Counted from the stretch's first letter, positions 11,713 to 25,562 are shown. The stretch: DNA of 64,000 bases from Octopus vulgaris (GCA_951406725.2 OX597830.1:1798001-1862000); one strand, 5' to 3'. Notes: generated by a model not told the origin, from the sequence alone. Translations and numbers: made by a program.

Positions 11713-12999
11713 TATATATATATATATATATTTGTCTGTGTGTTGCACAGGATAAATGCAATTCGTTAAAATGTATATATCTTTCTAAGTACATGTAGCT
11801 CTAGTAAAACAGTCTTTTGATTGTAACAACCAATGAAAACATCCTGCTCAGTCCCAAAACCATTAGAACTTCATTAAAAAAAAAAGTGGTGCCCAGCATG
11901 GCCACAGTCTAATGTCTGAAACCAGTAAAAGTTTTCAAATATATGCAATACCAAGAATCATAATTCTTTCATAACTGAGATTTCTGAGGAATGCTTTTTA
12001 TATATTGTGAACTAGATTTTTTTGAGTGGTATACATTTGAATACAAAATATAATCGAAAATAAATTTGAAATATTTGATTAGATGGTTGCCATTTCAATG
12101 ACTCCATTTATTTGTAATTGAGGGGTATTGCAATTGGTGAGAGGAATTTAGTAATTCATCATACAACAAACCAACAAAATACACACACAAGAAGAGCAAT
12201 TTCCTAGATTCCTGTGGGCAAGGGAGCCTCTGTGCAGTCATTTAAACTGGTAGAAATAACAACCAAATCTCCATTAAATCTTTATTTTTATATACATACA
12301 GGACATATTGGATAAAATAGTTTTAGATAAAGAAAATTAATATGTAAATACAGTGTAAAGGGGCTTCAACATGGTCACTGATCTTGCAAGACAAAGTAAT
12401 GAAATATCCTTCAAATCACACCTTACCATTCCAAATGAGAAAGAACATTTTTCAAATGGAGTCCTAGATTCACTGGTTGTGAAAACAAAGGCAAGATGTT
12501 CATGGCTAGAATGCTTTGATCATCATCGACCCTGGACCCCTTAGCTCAAGCAAATATTTACTTAATTTGTTATTTATATGTTGTTTTATTTTATTTATTG
12601 TATAATTCATATATTTTTTTGTTTTTGTGGCTCTGCAATTTCTGTTTTATTATTTTATGTTATATGTTATTCTACTTGTAACTATTCACCAATTATTGAT
12701 CACTACAAGGCAGGAAATGGGAACTGTGAACCCTAACTCATCGATCTCTAATGCTGGATTGAGGGATGTGTTGATTGGAGCAACATCCAGGGTAACATCT
12801 TAAAGAGTTTAGCTGCTATTTCTAGTAGGACGTGTGACCCTATAGCAGTAGATGGAAAGATTTTGATTTGCTGGAAGTGTTACACAGTGTTTTACTGATA
12901 TTGCTGTTGTTGTAGTTTTGATTTAGCCCCATCCCAACTCTGCTAAGACTATGTCAAAGGCATTCTAGTTGTAACCATTCAGACATCATAGTAGTAGAC

Positions 13000-13281
13000 T
13001 CGCAGTTGGAGGATTGTGGCTTCGATTCCCAGACTGGGCGTTGTGTGTGTTTATTGAGCTCCAAATAAAGCTCCAAGAGACTCTAGCGGGGGGGGGGAAC
13101 GACCCTTGTTGTATTCTTTCACCTCAACTTTCTCTCAAACTTTCTTCCTGCTTTTTGAGTAATGCTGCGATGGCCTGGCATCCCGTCCAGCTGGGGGGAA
13201 CACATGCGCCACAGAAACCAGGAAACCGGGCCCATGAGCCTGGCTAGGCTTGAAAAGGGCACATAAAAAATGAAAAAAAAA
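13000..13281 (+). mobile_element. Probable SINE (other family), 5'-truncated, A-rich tail
   Basis: B-box-like GGCTTCGATTCCC, GC-rich body, ends in an A-run before CA/TA. Confidence 0.55.
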
Positions 13282-13320
<39 letters not shown>

Positions 13321-14228
13321 GCAAAAATTTAGATTCAAATGAATATGGTACTTAATTTAGATGCACCAGAATTCTGTATGGTGTTATCCATAAAAATCTG
13401 TGGGGTGATTATAATCAAAATAAGCAACAAGAATGACTCCGGTAATTTGGCACGATCATTTCGTACTACATCATTTTATTAAATGTTGTAAGTATTACAA
13501 CAGATTTAAGATGCTGAGTACTCATCAGCCAATTATAGAGGTTTTCCATTAATATAAAAATTTTCAAATCAAGTGGCAACATTATAGAGAAGGTAGATAT
13601 ACAGACAAAGATATGGATTTAAATTTTAAGAACATTTGAGGTAGTGGAGTCCATCAACTGACTGACTAAGATTCAGTTGTTCCAGACTACTGTAAGATTC
13701 TGAGAGGGAAGAATAAATGGAAGGAGACAATAAAGATTTTCTATTTATAGAAATGGGGTAAAGGGGATGTCATGGCTCCATATAAGGAATTTATGTAGAA
13801 GACAGCATTGTCACAACTAAATGCCAATTACTACTATTTGATGAACAGATTCAGCATTAGGAGAACTAGGACCCCTTCCCCCCCATTTCTATAATTAGAA
13901 AATCTTTATTGTCTCCTTTCATTTGTTCTTCACTCTCAGAACCTTACAGTAGTCTGGAACAACTGAATCTTAGTCAGTCAGTTGATGGGCTTCACTACCT
14001 CAAATGTTCTTAACATTTAAATCCACATCTTTGTCTATATATCTACCTTCTCTATAATGTTGCCACTTGATATGAAGATTTTAGTATTAATGGAAAACCT
14101 CTATAATTGGCTGATGAGTGCTCAGCATTTTAAATCTGTTGTAATACTTACAACATTTAATAAAATGATGTAGTACGAAACAATCGCACCAAATTAACGG
14201 AGTCATTCTTGTTGCTTATTTTGATATT
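13321..14228 (+). mobile_element. Older fold-back element with a hammerhead in each arm
   Basis: Inverted arms 13414-13758 / 13881-14225 (345 bp, roughly 90% identical by eye), flanked by (TA)n on both sides. Confidence 0.8.
14105..14195 (+). ncRNA. Decayed type I hammerhead with long stem II (mirror copy at 13444-13534, minus strand)
   Basis: AATTGG-CTGATGA-GTGCT...TGTTGTAA TAC TTACAACA...AGTAC-GAAA-CAATCG-CA-CCAAATT. The mirror copy has GTACT..GAAA-TGATCG-TG. The inferred ancestor GAAA-CGATCG-TA is canonical. Confidence 0.7.
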
Positions 14229-14305
14229 TATATATATATATATATATATTCATGATGCATACACACACTCACTCACACATCTATGACTTCATTATCTAAT
14301 GTATG

Positions 14306-14635
14306 TGAGGGCGCGTGGCTTAGTGGTTAGGGCATTCGGCTCATGATCGTAAGGTTGTGAGTTTAATTCCCGGCGACGCATTGTGTCCTTGAGCAAGACA
14401 CCTATTTCATGTTGCTCCAGTCCACTCAGCTGGCAAAAATGAGTTGTACTTGTATTTCAAAGGGTCAGCCTTGTCACTCTCTGTGTCACGCTGATTATCC
14501 CCGAGAACTACGTTAAGGGTATACGTGTCTGTGGAATGCTCAGCCATTTGCACATTAATTTCACGAGCAAGCTGTTCCGTTGATCGTATCAGCTGGGACC
14601 CTCGTCGTCGTAACCGGCGGAGTCTTTTTTTTAAA
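14306..14635 (+). mobile_element. Full-length tRNA-derived SINE (family D) with 12-bp target-site duplication
   Basis: A box TGGCTTAGTGG, B-box-like GAGTTTAATTCC, GTGTCCTTGAGCAAGACAC core. TSD ATCTAATGTATG at 14294-14305 and 14636-14647. Confidence 0.88.
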
Positions 14636-14954
14636 ATCTAATGTATGCTTCTTCTTCTAGGGTGCCATTTGCTGGAATGTGGCTGCTATTTCTAAAATGT
14701 TGTGCAACAAAACAAAAGAGAACGGGAGGTGGCACTACCCCTCCTTCTCTTTTACTTGTATCAATGTTTGTTTTCTGTTCAGGTAACATGATAAAAAAAA
14801 AAAAAGAATTCTTTAGAATTGACCGTTTCCTCCCCAGTGTCTACTTTACTAGATTCACACTCAGAATAGTAAGGTCAGTGAACCAATTACCAAATATTCA
14901 GTTTTATCTGCGACCCTACTCCTCCCCAACCAAACCCCTTCCCCTCCCAGAACC

Positions 14955-15505
14955 GAATAGTTAATATCTGCCATGTCTGCTGACAGACAAGCAGACATTA
15001 CAAAGTTTGACCAAGCAGACAAAACAATGCCTATTGCAGTGTATGATCTCTTGAACTTTGTACCATAACTATTATTTTATCTATTTGGCCATTACAAACT
15101 GTTTGTGAAGAAATGGTCTTTTCTCTTGTGACATAATTTGAAATACTGCCAATGATAGAGACAGTTCTTCTTGTGTCAATATTAATGATGAAGTAGCCGT
15201 ATTGACATCAATATGCAAGTCCATGCTGGAAGACTGATCTAATTTCCTGCATTCACAGAAAACCAGTCGTAAACTCTTCTCCAGTAAGTAGGAACCCCAA
15301 CGCCACACCCACACACAGTTCTTGACAAATGCACCATTATGAATGATTTATCTTTATTTTTTTACTGTCAGCATTAAGATGTAGTGAACTCGTTTTAGCA
15401 TGTTAAACAGTTCGTGTTTGCTTATATAACCAGCCAGAATGGTTTCTCCACACACCATTACAACCATTGACACTTGCACTACTGTCATCTTTATTTCAAC
15501 GAGAA
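14955..15505 (-). pseudogene. Possible decayed exon
   Basis: Acceptor TTTTACTTTACAG ending at 15506. Protein-like pieces across frames: NGCNGVWRNHSGWLYKQ, VCGCGVGVPTYWRRVYDWFSVNAG, YGYFIINIDTRRTVSIIGSISNYV. Several stops and shifts. Confidence 0.35.
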
Positions 15506-16766
15506 CTGTAAAGTAAAAATAATGTTTTACAAATATTACCCCTCTCACACAACATCCACAATGAATTTTCATTAATTTGTATCAAAGATTTTTAGAGGAG
15601 AAATTTGTATTGTATAATATCAGTGATATCAAAGAAATAATAATAATAATAATTATTATTATTATCATTATTATGGTGGTGGTAGTAATAGAAATGATTA
15701 AAAAACCAGAATCCAATACAATTAAAACATGTTTCATTGTATCGATTAATACTAATGATTTTTAAAAAAAAAAGAAAAGACTAGTAAAATTAGAAGGATC
15801 TCTTCTGAGACCATTTTATAGTTTGTCATATTCTTTGAAATATTAGAGTGATTAGAAGCAATTAGTTGAGATTCGTTTTTAAATATTAACCAATACGATT
15901 TTATCAATTCATCTTATTGTGTGTCTAATTCCTATAAACTGTAAGAATAGAGCCGTCCATTCCAGACAAGACTGGATAATTTTTATGGTTTTTATGTGAT
16001 CCACTTAATGATTATTACAGCTCTTTGATTCTCTGTTAAAAGGATGATTCTAATGAATTTCGAGGTAAGGCAAAGAAAAATCACAGGTAAGGCAATTAGT
16101 GAGAGGAGACTAGCACAGTTTTGAGATAATCAGCTGGAGGATGGTGCAATGGTTTGAAATAATTAGGGACTGATTGCTTACAAGAGTAGAAATAGATCAA
16201 AAAATAATATGGAAACAAGACAGATGGTAATGCTAATGATGGTATTGGTGAATGTGATAGGCTTGGTGATAGTGGTGGTGCTGGTGATTGATTGGTGTAG
16301 ATCATGATGATATTGGTGATGATTGTTAAGGTGGTGCATATAATGGCACTGAAGGTGACATTGATGATAGTGAGATGACAGTGGTTGTAGTTAGAGACAT
16401 AATGGCCAGTGTCATGTCAGGTTAAGTTTATCTAGTTAAATCTCTATTAACGTGCACTGCTTCTCATTCTGAACCTGGGCATTGAATAGGTAACCACCTT
16501 ACATGGCTTTAATCAACGTGTCAAACATATTCAATCCTTCAATATTAATTAGTGAAACAATTACATCACATTCCTCAGAAACATTTACGACTTAATTTAC
16601 TGTTACAAATTTTGCAAATCAAAAACAAAAAAAAACACACCCTGAAATGATTCTGTAATGGAACAGAAATGAATAATAAAAGAGAGTGGAGTTCTCTCCC
16701 CCGCATTAGAAAATTATTCTCTTGCTTCAAATGAATGGTAACTAGGTTAGCACTATCTGGCACAAA

Positions 16767-17002
16767 GGCAGTGAGGAACTGGCAGAAACGTTAGCACACC
16801 AGCTGAAATGCTTAGCGGTATTTCATATGTCGCTATATTCTGAGTTCAAATTTCACCGAGGTCGACTCTGCCTTTCATCCTTTCGGGGTCGATTAAATAA
16901 GTACCAGTTAGCCACTGGAGTCGATGTAATTGACTTAATCCATTTGTCCGTCCTTGTTTGTCCTCTCTGTGTTTAGCCCCTTGTGGGTAGTAAAGAAATA
17001 GG
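16767..17002 (+). mobile_element. SINE family C
   Basis: Matches 24771-25002 along its length. Confidence 0.85.
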
Positions 17003-17109
17003 TTAGCTCTATCTGGCGGATACAGAATTATGTGTCTTACAAAAATTTAACAGTCAATTTCTTTCATTATTTAAGAATCGTCTCTGACACTATTTGCCAT
17101 ATTTGTTAC

Positions 17110-18095
17110 CTGTATTGGTCGGCAAATTCCAATCTTATTAACTGAGCCTGGGATATCATTCAAAACTTGATGAACTGATTCCGTATATTGATCTCTCTCA
17201 ATATATTTGTATCAATCTATGCTTCGTCTCCATCAGTTAACATATCCTGTTGATCCTTAACAATCCCAGCTGTATTATTGCAATATCAGGATATAAATTT
17301 AACATCATGTGGTTTGTCATTTCTTCTATATTGATATCAAACTGAAACCAATGTTTCTTAAGATATTGTCTTCCATCAAAGTAGATGAAGATTTCCTCAA
17401 TGACGGATTGTTTATTAACTCAAAAGTTTGCTACTTGAAGCTTTATAAAGAGGATCTCTACTAACCGGATATACTTTTTAATCCTTTTTAATGCTTATAA
17501 CCATTCTTTCTCAGCAGTTCTGTATGAATCTAGAATATATGAAAGCAATTTTATAGGTTTACACCATATCATACTAAGTTGTTGCTTGACACAAGGGTCA
17601 ATGTACTTGCTTTCAATAGAAATAAATTTATAAATTTTCTTCATTAGAATCCAAAGCTCTTTTATGTTTCGCTTTTTTCCATTTTCATCAATTATTACAT
17701 ACAAGTAATTAATATCTCATTAAAGATTTGAAGGACATGTGAAACAAAACAGTTTGAAATATAAAAAAAAATCCTAAAATGGTTGTGGATGGAACCCCTC
17801 TGTGTCTTGGTTGAGTCAATCCATGTTGACCTGGGGATAAATAAAACCAATAAAGACAACAACAGCAACAGTAACTTTTACTGTTTTCTCTCTTCCCAGT
17901 TATCAGACTCCAACCATACAGAAGTGCTACCATCTTTCTCAAAGAAATAACTGACCTTTGTACTTTACATCAAATAACTGAAGGAAGGGCAGTGCTTAAG
18001 GCCTTTTTCATGGAATTGGCAACTGGTATGAAGTTATCCTCAGACCAAACAGGTGAACCAGGAGCTTGCAGTAGAGTATTATCAACTAAATGTAC
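17110..18095 (-). pseudogene. Two possible decayed exons (17956-18095 and 17110-17830) with GT-AG boundaries
   Basis: TTTGATTCTCAG|..AAAG|GTCAGT and TTTTATTTATCCCCAG|..CAG|GTAACA. Peptides VHLVDNTLLQAPGSPVWSEDNFIPV, VIIDENGKKRNIKELW, EEIFIYFDGRQYLKKHWF and YTESVHQVLNDIPGSVNKIGICRPIQ, with in-frame stops. Confidence 0.4.
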
Positions 18096-18152
18096 CTGAG
18101 AATCAAAGAGTTGGGTGTTAAACCAAAAAATATTTCGAGTCAATATGAACAC

Positions 18153-18312
18153 TTACTCTCTCTTTTACTCTTTTACTCGTTTCAGTTATTTGACTGTGGC
18201 CATGCTGGAGCACCGCCTTTTAGTCGAGCAAATCGACCCCAGGACTTATTCTTTGTAAGCCTAGTACTTATTCTATTGGTCTCTTTTGCCAAACCGCTAA
18301 GTTACGGGGAGA
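18153..18312 (-). mobile_element. SINE family A, 3' half
   Basis: Near-identical to 8523-8680. Confidence 0.85.
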
Positions 18313-19551
18313 CTTCCTGCACTTCCTGCAACAGATTTCTTGGCTATTAGAACTTCAGTGTCCAATATTTAGAACATTATTCCACTATATTCTTTTTGGC
18401 TTTGCAGTTTTATTGTCACAAAGAAATATGTTCAAATTTCCTAAGATATAACACAAGATACATCAATCATTAATTATTTACAGAACAAAATAAATTAATT
18501 AAGTTCCTAAACATAACGATGTATTATACATTCACTATACTGTCTACTACCCCCCACCCCGCAGCCAAAGCACACACACAGAAATCTCATTCTGTTTTCC
18601 TTTTCTTCTATGCTATCAGTACTTTTCAAATTTCTGGAGAATTTATGGAAATTAGAAATAAATATTATTATAAGAAGTTGTTTGCATAGAAGAGCGATAT
18701 CAAAGTTGATGTTTAGTAGCTAGGTCAATGCCATGAATGGCAAACAACCAAGTAGCAGAGCTGCCATCTCAGGCTAACGAAATCTTCCATCATTTACCAA
18801 TGCTGAAGTGCTGCTGAAATATTAGCATGAGAGAAAGTGGTTGTTACTTGTCTATTTTCATATTAACAAACTTTCAAACTGACAGAAACTCTTCTATAGA
18901 ACTCTGCTTAAAATTCAAATAACAAAGTCGGTGATATAATATACTTAATGCATGCTGCTTCCATATCATTGTCTGTGATACAATACTGGCTGTTGTCTTT
19001 TCAATCTGCTGCAAATTAAATGCTAAACTAAACTACCAACTGACAGACTCATTAGTTAAGTTAGTGCTAACATATTTAGTAATTGAATTATTTAGAAACT
19101 AACTAGAACTGAATGCATGGTAGAATATAACCGTTTATTAATGAATTACTAATATTGGAGAGATATTTTGCAGTAAATGTAAGACACAACTCAGGATATA
19201 TTTCAGTCATATTTTGATCTTATCAGTTATTATGAATATATTTTTTCCAGAGATCCTAAAGCAATGAATAGAAGAATATGTTTAAGACATAAGAGGAGAG
19301 GATTGTTTGGAAATTAAATAATTCAAAAAAGCCTAAAAGATATCTATATGAAGGGGAAAAAATGATGTTAACTGATGGTTGGTGTTAGTTTAAATTTTCT
19401 AAGTATGACAAACAACTACAAATACTTCCAAGTCTTATTCTGGCCTAAGCCTCATAAGCCTCATAAGCATAATGACACATACTGAAGTAGCAGTGAATAA
19501 ATCACAACACACACACACGCATGTGTATATGTATGTGTGTGTGTGCATGAG

Positions 19552-19921
19552 GAGACCTTTTGAGTTAAGTACATCAAAACCATAATCAAATGGAAATTGT
19601 GGTTGTGATCCCCGTGCTGGTGGCAAGTAAAACGCACCATCTGAACGTGGCCGATGCCAACGCCACCTTGACTGGCTTCCATGCCAGTGGCACATAAAAA
19701 GCACCAGCCGATCATGGTCGTTGCCAGCCTCCTCTAGCCCCTGTGCTGGTGGCACGTAAAAATCACCCACTACACTCTTGAAGTGGTTGGCATTAGGAAG
19801 GGCATCCAGATGTAGAAACACTACCAGATCAGACTGGAGCCTGGTACAGCCTCCTGACTTCCCCAGTCAAACCATCCAACCCATGTCAGCATGGAAAACG
19901 GACATTAAGCGATGATGATGA

Positions 19922-19925
<4 letters not shown>
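19552..19925 (+). mobile_element. RTE-type 3' UTR repeat ending in (GAT)n
   Basis: Internal GGTGGCACGTAAAAAGCACC-like repeats, TGGCATTAGGAAGGGCATCCAG, and CAACCCATGTCAGCATGGAAAACGGACATTAAG(CGATGAT)n. Confidence 0.7.
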
Positions 19926-19995
<70 letters not shown>

Positions 19996-20443
19996 GTCAT
20001 ATTGTAAAGTAATGGATTGTACAGGTTACTGAAGAAAAATTAAGATTGTTTAGAAATTCCATAATTTGAAGACATCATTCACACAAAGAACAATCTCAAA
20101 ACAGAGTTGGAGGAATTGCCAAAGTAATTTCACATCGCTGGCATGTTTATATTGAAATCTTTATTACTGTCTTATTGAAACTTTCGTGTAAAGATTTACA
20201 AATTTCAGTGGATATGTTAGCAAACATTGGTTTATTTGACAATCTTACACATAACGAAATTTGCTAAATATATATAATTTACTTTAGAAGTATTTAAATA
20301 ATACCATTCAGTTTCAAAGATGTTCATAAATTCACAGTGAAACAAATGATGAATAATAGATGATAGTTCTGTTGTTAGAAGCAAAGTTGCTTGTTAGGAA
20401 ATCTCAATAAAAGATGGGAGTAGTAACACTACTGAGAAGTAAG

Positions 20444-20684
20444 GTTTGTCACCATCTTAACATGTCTGCTCCATATGAACCAACATTACTACCATTTTAA
20501 CACCAAGAGGATGCATCAAGGCATTCTGCACCCATCATATATTGCAAGCAGGGGAGAAAACCCCTGTCACTAGAAGGTGCCAGGGATTCACTCTCATAAC
20601 CAGCTAGTGGAGGCTTTCTCTTGGGGTTAAAAATTGTAGTAACGTTGGTTTGTACAGAACAGCCATGTTGAAGTGGTGACAAAC
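20444..20684. mobile_element. Old MITE-like imperfect inverted repeat
   Basis: GTTTGTCACCATCTTAACATG...TTTTAACACCAAGAG (20444-20509) versus the reverse complement of 20618-20684, about 80% identical by eye. Confidence 0.55.
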
Positions 20685-21099
20685 ATTAGTTCTGTTGTTG
20701 ACTGGCATAAAACATGAAATCAAATCATTGGAACCCAAAGAAGGGCTTGGTAATATCCTTCAGATTATTTATATATATGTACTAAGAAGTAAAATATATA
20801 TGTGTGTGTGTGTAAATGTTGTGTAGGAGAATGCAAAGTAAGTGTGGTGGTATAGACATCACAGAGTACTGCTCAGGTGACTGAAACAATTGTCAGGCTG
20901 TGACTGTTTCTTAACGCTTTTTGCTTACATTGTTCAAGAATCTATTTTATGTTTTATATTTTATGCCTTCTTTTGTTTATTTGCCTCCATGGCAGCATGG
21001 AAAGTGGACATTAATGATGATATGCATGTGTGCATGCGTATCTGTGGATGTATGTGTGTGTGTTTATTATATGGATATATGCTTGTATGGATATCCTCC

Positions 21100-21830
21100 T
21101 CACCATCATCATTATCGTTTAACGTCCACTTTCCACGCTGGCATGAGTTGGACAGTTTGATAGGGAGCTGTCCAGACTCCAACTGTCTGTTGTGACATGG
21201 GTTTTATGCCTGGGTGCCCCTCCTGGGTGCTTTTTACATGTCACTGGCACAGGTGTGTTTCTGCAACACCAGCATGGGTGCATTTTAAGTGGCATTGGCA
21301 CCTGAAAGGACAAGCCTGTATGAGTGGCAGACAACAGTTTTATTCAGCCTGATGTGTCTTATCAAGCACAGCAAATTGCTGCACCTCCTGGTCTCTTAAC
21401 ATTTCCCTAGTGAAACCCTGCATCCAAAGATCCTTTATCACCATTTCATCCACAGGTACCCCTCCACAATTAGAGCTCAGCACTTCTTTACGTAGCTCTC
21501 CTCATCCATACGCATCACATGACCAAACCAGCACAGTCTTCTCACTGGCACATAACATCTGATGCCTCTCATATCCAGTTTTCCTCTTAAATCATTTACA
21601 CTCGGCCATGCCTCTCACACTGACATTACCCATCCAGTGGAGCATGCTAGCTTCATTTCTTTCAAGCCTTCACAAGTCCTCTGTAGCCAAAGCCCATGTT
21701 TCACTGCTATTTATCATAGCTGTGCATATAGAGGCATTATGCAATCTGCCTTTCACTCGGAAGGAGAGGCCCTTAGTTACCAACAAAGGTAGAAGCTCTC
21801 TCAACTTTTCCCAGCCTACACTTTCAGAAC
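21100..21830 (-). mobile_element. RTE-clade LINE 3' fragment (ORF C-terminus plus UTR)
   Basis: Minus strand encodes KLRELLPLL-like and WFGHVMRMDEE motifs typical of the RTE ORF C-terminus. Tail matches the (ATG)n-ended repeat. Confidence 0.8.
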
Positions 21831-23003
21831 TTCTTCATCCCCTGCTAACTTGATCTCCTTGGTAACAGAAGCTGTCTACTACTCCTAATCATCCCCGAGA
21901 GCATTTGAGAGAGTCTACTTTCTGTACATTTTTAGTGCTTATTGTATCTGCATGCACACACACACACACACACACACATATGGATTTATAATATGTATCT
22001 ATAGTTAGATTAATTAAATGCTGTTAACTTTTGTCTCAAAAGCATGGACATAACCATTATAATCATCATCATCATTGTCATTGTCCTTGTTGTCATCACC
22101 ATCATCCATTTACCATCCAGTTTAGGGGTTCTGGTATGGGAGCATTTTAAAAATAAAGATAACTTCTACTGAGAAGGGCAGTGGCTCAGAATAGAAACCG
22201 ACTTGGACTGCAAGGGTGCATTCAACCCATGTCAGGCTAGAAAGTATGTAGAATGATGCTGTTGCTGTTGATGGTGAGGAGGAGGAGGAGGACAAGGACT
22301 GGGACGAGGAGGAGGAGGTCTAAGAGGAGGGGAAGGACGAAAAAGAGAAGAAAGAGATGGAGAGGAGGATGAAGCAGAGAGGAGTTGACAAGGGAGGAAG
22401 AGAGTAGTAGTGGTGGTGGTGGTGATTTTATTGATTTTAATTGTTTTAATCTGTTTGATCAGCAACTTGTCCCCAGTTATGTTATTCCTAGATTTATATA
22501 TGATCCCACATTTAATTTGATCTCGAAACCTTTATGTTCAAAACCAACAAAAACATTCTTCTCATCCACTTTCAGTTTGCAAACAATGTTTCCCAATACA
22601 AATTGATTCAGAGATTAAGTTCACAGCCAGGAATAAGACACCTGATGACAATCATCCTTAATTGAACTGATCTAAACATAGCACACAGCTATAAAGAATG
22701 TAAATAGAGAGTCAGAACATGAGGTTAATACACTGGAAAATTATAATCTATGAATATTTTATATTTCGTGTTTATGCAGGGAGTTGATTGTAAAGAGTGC
22801 TGCGTTAATGTGCTGTTCCTCATGACAGATGTCCTCTTCAATCCGGAGAAACCAATCACATTTTTGATTTATAAAATATCTTGTCTTTAATTATAGCAGG
22901 CAATGAAACGCTCCGAATCTAAATTTATTCTCTCTAAAAATATCTTTGCTATATTTTATCTCAATAGAAATTCTATAAACGATCAAAGTTTTTAGTCATT
23001 ATT

Positions 23004-23259
23004 TTTGTTGTTGTTGTTGTTATTGTTGTTGCTGCTGCTGTTGTTGTTATTGTTGTTGCTGCTGCTGCTGCTGCTACTGTTGTTGTTGTTGTTATTGTTG
23101 TTGTTGTTCTCTTGGCTATATGAGGAGAAGATCTGAAAATGATTTATTTTTCCTGATAAGTCAGTCATGAAATGATGTAAGAAGCCAGCATTCTAAAACC
23201 ATTCCCTGTATAATCAAAATCAGGAAAAAATTCTTTGAAACAGTAATCATTGTTGAATT

Positions 23260-23328
<69 letters not shown>

Positions 23329-23331
23329 GTT

Positions 23332-23366
<35 letters not shown>

Positions 23367-23375
23367 GGTTATTAT
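23004..23375. repeat. Compound trinucleotide microsatellites (GTT/GCT; ATT/GTT)
   Basis: Read directly at 23004-23108 and 23258-23375. Confidence 0.95.
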
Positions 23376-24770
23376 AGCCATGTTCATAATGGAGGCTCAG
23401 AAAAAAAAAAAAAGGAAGAAAAAAAGCAGCATAGAACTTCTTATGAAATATCAAATCAATATCAAATACTCATTAGGAAAAGGTATTACTCAGGTGATTA
23501 TAATATATTTCTTGAAATATATTCCATTCAGTGAAATGTTCTGACAGATTTATTTTGATAAGAAATTAAGTTTTTACTTTGTTTTACCATTATTTGGTTT
23601 TTCAATAAATTCCTTGAGCACAATGTTTTAAAGATGATTCTTTCTTGAAAAGATTTCTAGTTTTGTCATTCCACAATCTTCTATATTGATCACAATGTAA
23701 TTTTCTTGATTGACTTTTTCTTTAAGGTTGAACTTCTTGGAGAAGCAATTAATCTGTCGTCATTATTCCAGTTTTAGAGAAGAAAGAACAGAGAAGTTAA
23801 TTGCAATATATACATAGATGTATATAAAAAGAGGCAAAAACACAAAATACTCCTTAGACTATTTTTTATGTTCATTAAATATTGAATAATGCCTGGATAT
23901 AACTAATCATTGACTTTTAATTATGGGTATCAGATGGGTTATCAGAAAGAGGCAATTAGAACTAATTTTCTGATAAATATAAATCAAAAAATCTCCATTA
24001 GATTAATTGTCATCAAATAGTCTGAATTAAACATTATATATATTCAATTTCTTATATATATTGAAGCTATGCTGTAGGGAATTATTTTTGAGCTGGAAAA
24101 TGAAATATAAAATGGAAAATAATTAAAAGAGAATAAAAATTAAAAACAGATAATATTGAATAAAATTTTCTTGTTTCAATGATGTTTCTTTTTTATAATT
24201 ATTATTTGATTTTAATGCTTAATTCACTTGCCTGAGTGTTATAAATAAATATGTCAAGGAAGAATTACTAGCCTGGTATTAACGTCTACAATTATGATTC
24301 ACAAAGATTGAAACAGATGCTAACTCTGTGTTAAATTGATATTTCTCTCAAGAATAACTGTTTTTGTTGTGTGTTTGTCCCTGGATGTTGTTGCTGTTGT
24401 TGTTGTTCACGTCGTATTCTCTCACATAAGACAACACAGCAAGCAAGGAAAGCATCAATATTAATTCTCCTTGCATGCCAAAATGTCTGATATAAATTAT
24501 TAGGATAATAATTTAAATTGTTCGGTTAACATCTCATCTTTTGCGTTTGTGTTATTTAACATAACTTAATGATAAGCCATGGCAAGGCCAACATTACCAT
24601 TCTACTCTTGGTTCCAACAGACAAAACTCTGTTGGCTGCAAGAGCCAGGCTGGAAATAGGACAATGTCACCAAGTACAGAAGAAGAAAAAACTACCAGTA
24701 GTTATCTCAATAGTGATACTGCTGTTGATGATGATGATGATGACAATAATGGTGATGATTATGATGATAA

Positions 24771-25182
24771 GGGGGCGAGCTGGCAGAATCATTAGCACGC
24801 CGGGCGAAATGCTTAGCAGTATTTCGTGTTGCACTATGTTCTGAGTTCAAATTCCACTGAGGTTGACTTTGCCTTTCATCCTTTCAGGATCGATAAATTA
24901 AGTACCAGTTATACACTGGGGTCGACATAATCGACTTAATCCGTTTGTCTGTCCTTGTTTGTCCTCTCTGTGTTTAGCCCCTTGTGGGTAGTAAAGAAAT
25001 AGGTATTTCCTATGCCGTTATGTTCTGAGTTCAAATTTTAGCAAGGTCAACTTTGCCTTTTGTCCTTTCGGGGTCAATTAAATAAGTACCAGTTATGCAC
25101 TGGGGTCGATGTAATCGTCTTAAACCCTTTCTCTGTCCTTGTTTCTCCCCTCTGTGTTTCACCCCCTGTGTGCAATAAAGAC
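24771..25182 (+). mobile_element. SINE family C with tandemly duplicated body
   Basis: GTTCTGAGTTCAAATT...AAGTACCAGTT...GTCCTTGTTT occurs twice (about 24838-25002 and 25022-25182). Confidence 0.85.
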
Positions 25183-25562
25183 ATAGATGATAATGATGAT
25201 GATGATGATGATGGTGGTGATGCTGCCAGTGACAGCAATGACAGTGATGACATCGATGATGATGACAATGATGATGATATAATAATGTTGAATAATGGAT
25301 TATTAATGGTTGAGATGGTTGTCAATGGATTCCTTGTTTATTACCAGCAATAACAAAAAATATGCATGTATCTTTTTGCGGATGTCACTGAGGGAGTGTA
25401 GCACTAAAACCCAGAACATTCTTATTATTTGTGGGGGCATTATGACGACACCAAGTTCATTGACTCTGTTTTTCTGAAATTCTTCTAACAACAGGAGAAT
25501 CAAGTCTACTGTCGATCTAATTGTAAGAAAGCCATTTTGGCTGTTATTATGGTGGGAGAGGC

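Noticed and set aside
14306-14380. tRNA gene
   Set aside because: A and B boxes are present, but the sequence continues into a SINE body with a TSD and no full cloverleaf is evident.
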